A DNA stretch of 64,000 bases from Chrysemys picta bellii (lineage: Eukaryota): assembly GCF_011386835.1 (NCBI RefSeq), contig NC_088794.1, forward strand, positions 1,798,001 through 1,862,000. Reading direction: 5' to 3'. Each line of letters opens with the position of its first letter. Position 1 is the stretch's first letter. Below are positions 1 through 10,200 of this stretch, one piece after another. Position numbers and translations under genes: made by a program. Below the pieces are notes generated by a model. The model was not told where the DNA came from. It did not search any database and saw only the letters and a program-made list of their open reading frames with translations.

Positions 1-96
1 TCGTCCCGCCCGGCAGCCTCCAGCGCCGGGACCCGAGTACGCGACACACCGCGCCCACGCGAGTCTGTGCCCGGCCGTGGGGCCAGAGAGCGCCGG

Positions 97-339
97 GCTG
101 GGGGCGGGGCGGGGACGCGGGGGGCGGGGCCGGGCTGTGGGGGGCGGGGCCGGGCCGTGGGGCAGGCGGGGGGCGGGGCCGGGCTGTGGGGGGCGGGGCG
201 GGGCCGTGGGGCAGGCGGGGGGCGGGGTCGGGCCGTGGGGCAGGCGGGGGGCGGGGCCGGGCCGTGGGGCAGGCGGGGGGCGGGGCCGGGCTGTGGGGGG
301 CGGGGCGGGGCCGTGGGGCAGGCGGGGGGCGGGGCCGGG
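97..339. repeat. GC-box-rich tandem repeat (GGGGCGGGGC units) in CpG-rich sequence, running into an assembly gap
   Basis: Repeated ggggcggggccgggc(c/t)gtggg units directly visible; ends at the N run. Confidence 0.8.
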
Positions 340-839
340 NNNNNNNNNNNNNNNNNNNNNNNNNNNNNNNNNNNNNNNNNNNNNNNNNNNNNNNNNNNNN
401 NNNNNNNNNNNNNNNNNNNNNNNNNNNNNNNNNNNNNNNNNNNNNNNNNNNNNNNNNNNNNNNNNNNNNNNNNNNNNNNNNNNNNNNNNNNNNNNNNNNN
501 NNNNNNNNNNNNNNNNNNNNNNNNNNNNNNNNNNNNNNNNNNNNNNNNNNNNNNNNNNNNNNNNNNNNNNNNNNNNNNNNNNNNNNNNNNNNNNNNNNNN
601 NNNNNNNNNNNNNNNNNNNNNNNNNNNNNNNNNNNNNNNNNNNNNNNNNNNNNNNNNNNNNNNNNNNNNNNNNNNNNNNNNNNNNNNNNNNNNNNNNNNN
701 NNNNNNNNNNNNNNNNNNNNNNNNNNNNNNNNNNNNNNNNNNNNNNNNNNNNNNNNNNNNNNNNNNNNNNNNNNNNNNNNNNNNNNNNNNNNNNNNNNNN
801 NNNNNNNNNNNNNNNNNNNNNNNNNNNNNNNNNNNNNNN
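340..839. other. Assembly gap (500 N)
   Basis: Run of N. Confidence 1.
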
Positions 840-922
840 CAGTGCATGCTGGGAAAGGGACTCCTGCCCCATGGTGCCCTCACCTGCCAGCTACCCCCAG
901 TGCTGGGGGGGGGCACTCCTCT

Positions 923-1200
923 CTGATTGGCTGGGCCAACACCTCAAGGCGCCCGGATTGGCTGGCACAATGCACGGCTGGGAGATGTCCCCTGCGGCTG
1001 GATGCGCTGTGCCCTCATTGGGGTGGCATGTCTGAGGCCTTTGCCCCCTCGTCTCTCATTGGCTGATTCTGCTTGCTCCGGAGAGGGGCTGTTATGATTG
1101 GATGGGGCCACTCACAGCTGTGCTAGCCTGTGATGCACTGGGCTCTCCCTTGTCCCTGTGATTGGGTGACGCCATACACCTGCGAGCCTCTGATTGGTTG
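923..1200 (-). promoter_or_regulatory. Cluster of 7 co-oriented CCAAT boxes (ATTGG on +)
   Basis: ATTGG at 926, 957, 1017, 1058, 1097, 1161, 1193; function inferred only. Confidence 0.4.
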
Positions 1201-1851
1201 GTATGGCAAGCACCAGCCCCCCCCCCAACTGCCCCCCATTAGTGCCTCAGCACTGTGATCAACAGCCGTCAGGGGCAGGGCATTGCTCTCACTAACCCCG
1301 CCTCTGGGGCTGTGAGCCTCTCCCCCACGGCAAAGGATGCTGGGAGTTGTTAAGCCCTCCCCTGACCTAGTTCAGTGTGGGGGGCAGCCCCAGGGTGATC
1401 CTAAAATCAGGGTGTGGGGGGGTTAGGGTGCCCTGCTGATGGACAGTGGCCAAGCTTGGCAGCAGGAAGGGATATCTGCACCCCTTGGCGTGAGTTCCAA
1501 GATGGCCACCCTTGTGAGAGGGAAGTGATGTCATCCGTGCCAACGCTCCCTCATCGTTCATCCCCTCCCTGCTGGCCTCCCAGACCCAGACCCAGCCCCC
1601 CAGGCAGGCTCTGGGAGCCCCCAGCAGCAGCTGTAGCATTAAATTCTGTCGTAGGATAAATGTCTCTTACCCATCATTCCCCCCCCCCCCGTGGGGGCTT
1701 AGGGGAGCCCAGGCACCCCCCATTCCCACGGGCCCCATCCCCCATTCCCAGGGAAGCAGCCCCCCCCCAGGCCCTGTCTGCCCCACACTTGAGGGGCCGG
1801 TTCCCCCTCCCGCCAGGCAAACCCTTATCAGCCATGCAGATGTCAAGTGTT

Positions 1852-1857
1852 TTTATT
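1852..1857 (-). terminator. Polyadenylation signal of NUPR1
   Basis: TTTATT on + (AATAAA on -) downstream of a non-coding last exon whose acceptor is at 2149-2148. Confidence 0.65.
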
Positions 1858-2318
1858 AAAGGGGGGGTGGGGGGACAGACCTGCCCCTTGATGCCCCCCT
1901 TCACCCTCTTCCCACAATTCCTCTCTTACTTCCCCGCTGGCAATGAGCCAAATCACCCCCACACCAGCAAGGTGGGTTGGGGCCCCCTCGCCGCCTGTCT
2001 CCCGAGGGAGCGTCAGCATGGCCGCCATGCGCCCTGCTTCTCGACGGGCATCGGCCATCTTGGCAGGGGTGTCCGTCCGGCTAGTCTCTGTGTCCGTGTG
2101 GCGTTGCCGTGGAGTCCGGAACCAGGTTTGCTTGGCGAGGCTCTGAGCTGGGGGGGGTGGGAGGACGGGATGTGAAGGGGGGGCTCCAAGGGAACCAGCT
2201 CTATTTCCCCCCCCCCCCCGGCGATTACCCCAGCCATACAGATGCCCGGCAGGAGTGGGCAGCCATCTTGGCTCCCCTGCTCGGCCCCCCTTCCCCCCGC
2301 GCGGCTCTCACCGTGGGC

Positions 2319-3168
2319 TCACTCCTGGCCACGCCGGCGCTCGGAGCGCTGCAGCTTCAGGGCAATCTTGCGCTCGTGGCCGGCAGGGTTGGGCCGGTTC
2401 GTATTCCCGGCGGCCTCCCGCTTGGAAACGGCCCTTCCGGCTGCACCCACCCGGCACTGGGGGGAGAGAAGGGGGTGAGGGGGGGGGGGAGAGAAGCCCC
2501 TGTGCCCCCTCCCCCACATCCCCTGGGGAGTGCACGCGGAGGGGCAGAGAGGAGGTTGTGAGGCCCCTGCCTCGGGCCCCCCCATTTCCAGTACGCACTG
2601 GAGAAAGGATCCGAATTACAGCAGGGAACCCCACAGCCCCGTGGGGAACAGACCCATAGTGGGGTCCGGGTGCAGAACCCAGGCCTAGGTTGGCAGTGAG
2701 GGGCGGGGAGTGGGAGGCACCGGCAGGGAGTGGGGGGCACGGGCAGGGCGGGAGGCGGCAGGGGGGCACTGGCAGGGCTGGGGGGCACCGGCAGGACTGG
2801 GGGGTGGGCACTGGCAGGGTTGGGAGACTACATGGCGGGAGGCACAGGCGGGCATGGGGGCTCTGGGGTGGGAGGGGGGGACACTGGCAGGGCTGGGAGG
2901 CGGGAGGAGGGGCTGCGAGGGGCTGGGGGGCAGGGCTTGGGGGGGAGGGAAGTGACAGGCACTGTCATGGCAGGGGGCTGCAGGGCAGCGCAGTGGGGCA
3001 CGGAGGGGATGTGGGGCAGGAGTGGGGGGCACCGGGGGGGCTCTGGGGCAGGCGGGGGGCACTCACTGCTGTAGCGTTCGGTCAGGCTGTAGTAGTCGTA
3101 GGGGTCGAAGTGCTGCCCCTCAAAGGGGGTGGGCACCAGCTTGTGGGGCTCGAGCAGGGCCCGGCCAT
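2319..3168 (-). CDS. NUPR1: Nuclear protein 1 (p8/NUPR1); two coding exons, two 1-bp frameshifts as assembled
   Basis: Exon 3168-3067 (gccATGg; LLEPHKLVPTPFEGQHFDPYDYYSLTERYS; phase-1 GTGAGT donor) and exon 2456-2312 (PGGCSRKGR..SKREAAGNTNRPNPAGHERKIALKLQRSERRRGQE*, stop 2321-2319). Matches the NUPR1 motif RKGRxKREAAxNTNRPxPxGHERK; position next to SGF29 fits. Confidence 0.9.
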
Positions 3169-3259
3169 GGCTGCACAGGGACGTCTGGGGCTGGCGCAGG
3201 AGGCGTCTGTCCGTCCGTCCGTCCGTCCGGCTTGTTTCCTCCCTGTGTCTGGCCCCCCC

Positions 3260-3290
3260 TTTTATTGCCACCGCACCCAGGATTGCATCA
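3260..3290 (-). promoter_or_regulatory. NUPR1 proximal promoter: TATA-like AATAAAAG plus C/EBP-ATF (CARE/AARE) element TGATGCAAT
   Basis: AATAAAA on - at 3266-3260; ATTGCATCA on + at 3282-3290, about 115 nt upstream of the ATG. Confidence 0.65.
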
Positions 3291-3774
3291 CCCCCCGGCC
3301 CCCCCGCCCTGGGGGAGGGGCCTGCCAGCAATACAACCCTGACATCATCATCCCCTCCCCCCCCGACACCACAGCCCCCCGCCCAGCCGGTGCCCCCTCT
3401 CCCCATCCCCCAGCCCCACTGGTGCCCCCCACTCCCAACGCAAAAGCCCCCCCCATGCAGCCATGCCCCTCCATCCCGACCCACACCCCCCCGGTGCCTC
3501 CCCAGAGCCCCTCCCTCCCATCCCCCAGCCCTGCCGGTGCCCCCACTTCTCTGACCTGCAGCCCCCAGCCCTGCCGATGCCCCCCCTCCCGACTTGCAGC
3601 CCGGGGGGTGCTGTGTTTAGGGGACTCTGTGGCAGTCGAGGTCTGGCCCCCGCAACCCGGCTTTGTGCTGGGGATTTTCCACCCGCGGCCTGGTGCCAGG
3701 CGCTGGCCGGGCGCCAAGACACACAGAGGCGGGTGCAGACACAGCTGCTGACTCAGTGTCCTTGTTCCCCCAGC

Positions 3775-4910
3775 GCCCCCACGTTCACCCCCAGAGCCAG
3801 CCCGCCCCAGGTCCCCTCCCCAGAGCCAGCCGCCCACTCTTCCCCCCCCCCCAGAGCCAGCCGCCCCCCGCGTTCACCCCCCCCAGAGCCAGCCGCCCCC
3901 GCGTTCTCCCCCCCGAGCCAGCCCCCCCACTTCCCCCCCAGAGCCAGCCGCCCCCGCGTTCACCCCCCCAGAGCCAGCCACCCCCAGTTCTCCTCCCCGA
4001 GCCAGCCGTCGCCCACACTTCCCCCCCCAGAGCCAGTCACCCCCGCGTTCACCCCCCTGAGCCAGCCGCCCCCGCGTTCACCCCCCCTGAGCCCAGCCGC
4101 CCACGACTTCCCCCCCCCTGAGCCAGCCGCCCTCAACTTTCCCCCCCCCAGAGCCAGCCGCCCCCCGCGTTCACCCCCCCAGAGCCAGCCCCCCCACTTC
4201 CCCCCACCAGAGCCAGCTGCCCCCGCGTTCACCCCCCCCAGAGCCAGCCACCCCCGCGTTCACCCCCCCCCAGAGCCAGCCGCCCCCAGTTCTCCCCACT
4301 GAGCCAGCTGCCCCCAGTTCCCCTCCCCAGAGCCAGCCGCCCACACTTCCCCTCCCCAGAGCCAGCCGCCCCCTGCGTTCACCCCCCAGAGCCAGCCGGC
4401 CCCCGCGTTCACCCCCAGCGAGCAGCCGCCGCCCACACTTCCCCCCCAGAGCCAGCCGCCCCCAGTTCTCCTCCCCGAGCCAGCCGTCGCCCACTACTTC
4501 CCCCCCCAGAGCCAGCCGCCCCCCGTTCTCCCCCCAGAGTCAGCCACCCCCGCGTTCTCATCCCAGAGCCAGCCGCCGCCCACACTTCCCCCCCCCAGAA
4601 CCAGCCGCCGCCCACACTTCCCCCCCCGCAGAGCCAGCCGCCCGCCCACACTTCCCCCCCCCCAGAGCCAGCCGCCCACACTTCCCCCCCCTCAGAGCCA
4701 GCCGCGCCCCAGTTCTCCCCCCCAAGCCAGCCGCCCCCGCGTTCCCCGCCCCAGAGCCAGCCGCCCCCGCGTTCTCCCCCCAGAGCCAGCCACCCCCGCG
4801 TTCACCCCAGAGCCAGCCACCGCCCACACTTCCCCCCCCCAGAGCCAGCCGCCGCCCACACTTCCCCCCCCCACCAGAGCCAGCCCGCCCCGCGTTCACC
4901 CCCCAACACA
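3775..4910. repeat. C-rich minisatellite (about 30-bp unit, ccccccagagccagccgccccc...)
   Basis: Dozens of degenerate tandem copies visible. Confidence 0.9.
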
Positions 4911-4989
4911 GACACAACCCCCCGCCCCCCCCCCCGCACTGCCCCCGGGCACAGGACACACCCCCCTCATTGCCCCAAGCGCTTCCCCC

Positions 4990-5330
4990 CGGCACAGACA
5001 CATCCCTCCCTGACCCTCCCCCCCGGCAGAGACACACCCCCTCCCTGCCCCCCCGCGCTGCCCCCCCCCCGCAGAGACACACCCCCTCCCTGCCCCCCCG
5101 CGCTGCCCCCCCCCGCAGAGACACACCCCCTCCCTGCCCCCCCGCGCTGCCCCCCCCGCAGAGACACACCCCCTCCCTGCCCCCCCGCGCTGCCCCCCCC
5201 CCCGCAGAGACACACCCCCTCCCTGCCCCCCCGCGCTTGCCCCCCCCCCCGGCAGAGACACATCCCCTCCCTGCCCCCCCCCGGCAGAGACACACCCCCT
5301 CCCTGCCCCCCCCGTGCTCCCCCCCGCCGG
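4990..5330. repeat. C-rich minisatellite (about 40-bp unit, gcagagacacaccccctccctgcccccccgcgctg)
   Basis: About 7 tandem copies visible. Confidence 0.85.
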
Positions 5331-5399
5331 GCACAGAGCCGCCCCCTCCCCCCGGGGCTGAGCATGACGCGGCCGGTCACTCTGCCCGAGGGGGCGGGG

Positions 5400-6005
5400 C
5401 CGGGTCACGTGCTCCTGTCACCCCCCCTAACGATGCGACGGTTGTGAACTACAAAGCCCAAGAAGCAACGCGCCGCTGTTCCCATCTCACCCCGAACGGG
5501 GAGGAGACAAAGGCGCATGCGTGGAGTCCCCTCGCAGAACCGGAAACTACACGTCCCATGGGGGCGCCGCACTACCGCGAGCATGCGCAGTGCATCCCTT
5601 TCGCCTTGCACCGCCCCGGAGCCTCCGCGCTGTCGCCAGCACCTCCCACGCTCCTCGTTCGGCCACGGTACGGTGCAGCCTGCAGCGGTGCGGGACTCCG
5701 GCCCATAGGAGCGTTTAGCCTTGGGGATTTCGTAGGCGGAGGCCGCGACTTTTCACCGGGGCGGAGGGCGGCATGTAAATCGGAGAGGGCGCATGCGCCG
5801 GAAGCAAAGCGCGCCGCGGCATAGAAAATGCGCATGCGCCGTAGATGGCGTTATTGGCGCGAGATTGAATGTGCGCATGCGTCACGGGCTTGGCCCCCTT
5901 GCACGTTAGGAAAGGCTCCTCAAGTTGATTGGGCTGCGCATGCGCCTTTTGTGAGCAAAAAAGGCGGGAGTTCACCCCCCTCATTTGCAGCTGCGCATGC
6001 GTGTG
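5400..6005 (+). promoter_or_regulatory. CpG-island promoter, probably of SGF29, with NRF1, ETS, YY1-like, E-box and ZNF143/THAP11-type motifs
   Basis: GCGCATGCG(C) at about 5513, 5789, 5830, 5873, 5936, 5993 plus a variant at 5580; ACTACAcgTCCCA 5546-5558; GTCACGTG 5404; CCGGAAG at about 5798; AGATGGCG 5843; 1.2 kb upstream of the first coding exon. Confidence 0.65.
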
Positions 6006-6068
6006 GGTGGGTTACAGCTCCTGCGGTGACCCCTGACCCCCCTGTATCCTAACCCAGGGCCTGCTGGG

Positions 6069-6835
6069 TAGGGTCACCCTACGTCCTCTTTTTCCCGGAC
6101 ACGTCCGGCTTTTCGGCACTCAAACCCCGTCCGGGGGGAATGGCCAAAAAGCCGAACGTGTCCGGGAAAATGGCGGCTCTGCTCCTCCCCGACTCTTCGG
6201 CTCTGTTAAGAGCCGGGCTGCCTGAGAGCTACCGCTTTGGCAGCCCCCGTGCCTCCGGACCCTGCGCCGCCAGCCGGGCACTTCCCCTCCGGGCTCCAGC
6301 GGCGCAGGGTCCGGAGGCACGGGGGCTGCCCAAAGCCGGTAGCGCTGGGGCAGCCCGGCTCTTAGAGCCTAAGAGGAGCAGAGCCTCCAGCTGCGGGGGC
6401 TCTGCTCCTCTTCGGCTCTGTGTAACTTATACAGTGTAGTTACGCAGAGCCGCCGGAGCCCCCGGAGGGGAAGTGCCCCGGCTGGGGGCGCAGGGTCCGG
6501 AGGCATAGGGGCTGCTCAAAGCCCGAGCGCTACCGGCTTCACGGTTTGCCGGGCAGCACCCAGACCCTGCGCCCCCGGCTGGGCGCTTCCCCTCCCGGGC
6601 TCCAGCTGCGCTGGGGAAGCGCCGGCCGGGGGCGCAGGGTCTGGGGGCTGCCCGGGAAACCGTGAAGCTGGTAGCACTGGGGCAGCCCTTTCCCCCTGGC
6701 TGGGAGTGGGAGGGAGGAGGGGGCGGAGTTAGGGTGGGGAAGGGGCGGAGTTGGGGCGGGGCTAGGGGTGGAATTGGGCGGGGCCAGGGCCTGTAGAGGG
6801 TCCTCTTTTTTTATTTATGAGATATGGTAACCCTA
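6069..6835. mobile_element. Non-autonomous hAT DNA transposon (MITE) with 8-bp target-site duplication
   Basis: Termini TAGGGTCACC...GGTAACCCTA; identical flanks CTGCTGGG at 6061-6068 and 6836-6843. Confidence 0.85.
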
Positions 6836-7020
6836 CTGCTGGGAGTGTCTGCCCCCCCACACACCTCCTGCCCCAGGGCCTGCTGGGAGTGTCTGCCCCC
6901 CTCCTGCCCCTGCCCCTGCCCCTGCCCCGGGGCCTGCTGGGAGTGTCTCCCCCCCCCCCCCTCCTGCCCCTGCCCCAGGGCCTGCTGGGAGTGTCTGCCC
7001 CCCGCCCCAGCCCCAGGGAG
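6836..7020. repeat. Short tandem repeat (cccagggcctgctgggagtgtctgccccc)
   Basis: About 4-5 copies; the first copy was split by the hAT MITE. Confidence 0.7.
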
Positions 7021-7204
7021 TGTCTTCTTCTCTGTCTTCTGCCCAGGGCATTCTTGCAGCTTCGGTTTTCCCCCCCCCTCCCCGCTCTCCTTGAGGATCA
7101 TGGAGTCTGCATGGGAGGGGCCAGGATTTGGAGGTAGTTTCTATAGTGGGTGGCGCGGGGAGGCTACTCCAGCGGCTAATTCTTTTCCTTTCCCTGTAGC
7201 CACC

Positions 7205-10200
7205 ATGGCTCTGGTGTCGGCTGATTCGCGCATCGCGGAGCTCCTGGGGGAGCTGCACCAGCTCATCAAACAGACACAGGTAACGGGGCCCCAGGGGCCT
7301 TCCCAGCATGTCCTGGGGCTGTTGGGAGCTCAGGGCTGAGGGGCCTTCCCATCATCCTCTGGGCTTCCAGAAGTGGGATGCCTTCTTGTTCTCTGGGATT
7401 GACTGAGGAGCCCTGCCAGCTCCAGAGGACTCTGGGATGAGGGAGTTGGCTTAGGGGAAACCATCTCCTTTGGTTGGAGTTAGGGCGTGGGGCCACCTAC
7501 CCCTTCTTGTGACAGGGAGCCACAGGCCACCACCCTTTATCCCCTTCCCTCTGTGCCCCCAGGAGGAGCGGTCGCGGAGTGAGCACAACCTAGTCAACAT
7601 CCAGAAAACACATGAGCGGATGCAGACAGAGAACAAGAGTGAGTGTGGGGGCTGGGAGCCAGGACTCCTGGGTTCTTTCCCAGGCTCTGGGATGGGAATG
7701 GGGTCTAATGGGTCAGAGCAGGGGATGGGCGGCACTGGGAGCCAGGACTCCTGTGGGTCAAGCTGTCCTGCAGTGACTTGACTGTGGGTACCAACCTCAG
7801 GGCAGACTGTTCGGAGCCAGGGCCCAAACCTCAAATTGTCTGTGAGTTCTGTACTTGCATTTCACCAACCAAGTATCGAATATCAGCTCCTCCGGCACCG
7901 ACACAGCCTGCCATGGAGTCACGGACAGCCCCCTGGGGCTATCCAGTCTGTCCCCAAATCACAGCAACATTCAGGTTACTCCCTGTCCCAAAGGACCAGT
8001 CACTCACCCCAGGTCAGCTGCACCTCAGATCTCAGCCCAGACACAACGCTGTAGCCAGTCCTACAACAAGCCAGCTACGGTTTTATTAAGCAGGGAGTTA
8101 CTCCCCAAGTAACGCTGGACCACACACACACGACGTTCCAGTCCCAAGTCCCCAAAGGTGACAGAGGTTCCTGTGAGAAGCAGGCTCTGCATGGCCATTG
8201 GGGCTACCCCAGGCGAACCCCCCGGAACCAGACTGACCCTGGACCATGGCTGAGCTGGCACCATACCCCACATCGTCACGGACCCTCCTGAATATGCCCC
8301 AGGCTCCCCGTCCCCTGTCCGCCGCTACAGTTCATTTCCCCTTGGTGTGGCCTCTTTCCACGTCAGACAGCTGCAGAGCTTAGCACCAGCGTAACCGCCT
8401 GGGTGGTCCCTTTGGTTCGGGTGCAACCTATTGGCAGTGAGTGCTCTGTTCCGGGGGAGCACACTGTCTCGAAACCCCCTCACACACATCTGGTAATAGC
8501 TGGCCAGACCAGTAAAGGATTGGACCTGAGCCTTGGTTTGTGGGGCAGGCCAGCTCCAAATGGCTTCTACCTTCCAAGGGTCATAGAATCACAGGACTGG
8601 CAGGGACCCTCGTGAGGTGTCTAGGTCCAGTCCCCTGCCCTCGGGGCAGGACGAATTATCTAGGCCATTCCTGACAGGTGTTTGGAGATTTTTTAACAGC
8701 AGGTTAGACAATGATGGAGATTCCACAACCTTCCTGGGCAATTTATTCCAGTGCTTAACCACCCTGACAGAAGTTTTTCCTAATTTTCAACCTAAACCTC
8801 CCTTGCTGCAGTTTAAGCCCACTGCTTCTTGTCCTGTCCTCAGAGGTTAACAAGAACAATTTTCTCCCTCCTCCTTGTAACAACCTTTTACATACTTGAA
8901 AACTGTTCTCATGTCCTCTCTCAGTCTTCTCTTCTCCAGACTAAACACACCCAGTGTTTTCAATCTTCCCTCATAGGTCAAGTTTTCTAGACCTTTAATC
9001 ATTTTTGTTGTTCTTCTCTGGACTCTCTCCAATTTGTCCACATCCTTCCTGAAATGTGGCGCCCAGAACTGGCCACAATACTCCAGTTGAGGCCGTATCA
9101 GCATGGAGTAGAGTGGAAGAATTACTCCTCGTGTCTTGCTTACAACACCCCTGCTAATACCTCCCAGAACGCCGTTTGCTTTTTTTGCAACAGCGTTACA
9201 CTCTTGTCTCATATTTAGCTTGTGATCCACTCTGACCCCCAGATCCCTTTCTGCCGTACTCCTTCCTCGGCAGTCATTGCCCATTGTGTATGTGTGCAAC
9301 TGATTGGTCCTTCCTAAGTGGAGCACTTTGCATTTGTCTTTATTGAATTTCATCCTATTGACTTCAGATGATTTCTCCAGTTTGTCCAGATCATTCTGAA
9401 TTTTAATCCTGTCCTCAAAAGCACTTGCAACCCATCCCAGATTGGTATCATCTGCAAACTTTATAAGTGTTCTCTCTATGCTATTATCTAAATCATTGAT
9501 GAAGAAATTGAACAGAACCAGACTCAGAACCGATCCCTGCAGGACCCCACTCGTTATGCCCTTCCAGCTTGACTGTGAACCACTGATAACTACTCTCTGG
9601 GAATGGTTTTCCAACCAGTTTTGCACCCACCTTATAGTAGCTCCATCTAGGTTGCATTTCTGTAATTTGTTTATGAGACGGTCATGCGAAACAGTATCAA
9701 AAGTTTCACTAAAGTCACAATATACCACATCTACCGCTTCCCCCCATCCACTAGGCTTGTCAGCCTGTCAAAGAAAGCTATCAGGTTGGGGTGACAGGAT
9801 TTATTTTTGACAAATCCATGGTGACTGTTACTTATCACCTTATTATCTTCTAGGTCGGGGTAGGCAACCTATGGCACGCGTGCCGAAGGCGGCACGTGAG
9901 CTGATTTTCAGTGGCTCTCACGCTGCCTGGGTCCTGGCCACCAGTCCGGGGGGCTCTGCATTTTAATCTAATTTTAAATGAAGTTTCTTAAACATTTTAA
10001 AAACCTTATTTACTTTACATACAACAATAGTTTAGTTTTCTATTATAGACTTATAGAAAGAGACCTTCTAAAAACGTTAAAGTGTATGACTGGCACGGGA
10101 AACCTTAATTCAGAGTGAATAAATGAAGACTCGGCACACCACTTCTGAAAGGTTGCCGACCCCTGGTCTAGATGTTTGCAACCAAGCCCACTGCCCACCT

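Noticed and set aside
8847-9728. 293-aa reverse-transcriptase ORF as a possible domesticated gene
   Set aside because: A 5'-truncated CR1 fragment with a typical 3' tail, antisense in an intron; no evidence of exonisation
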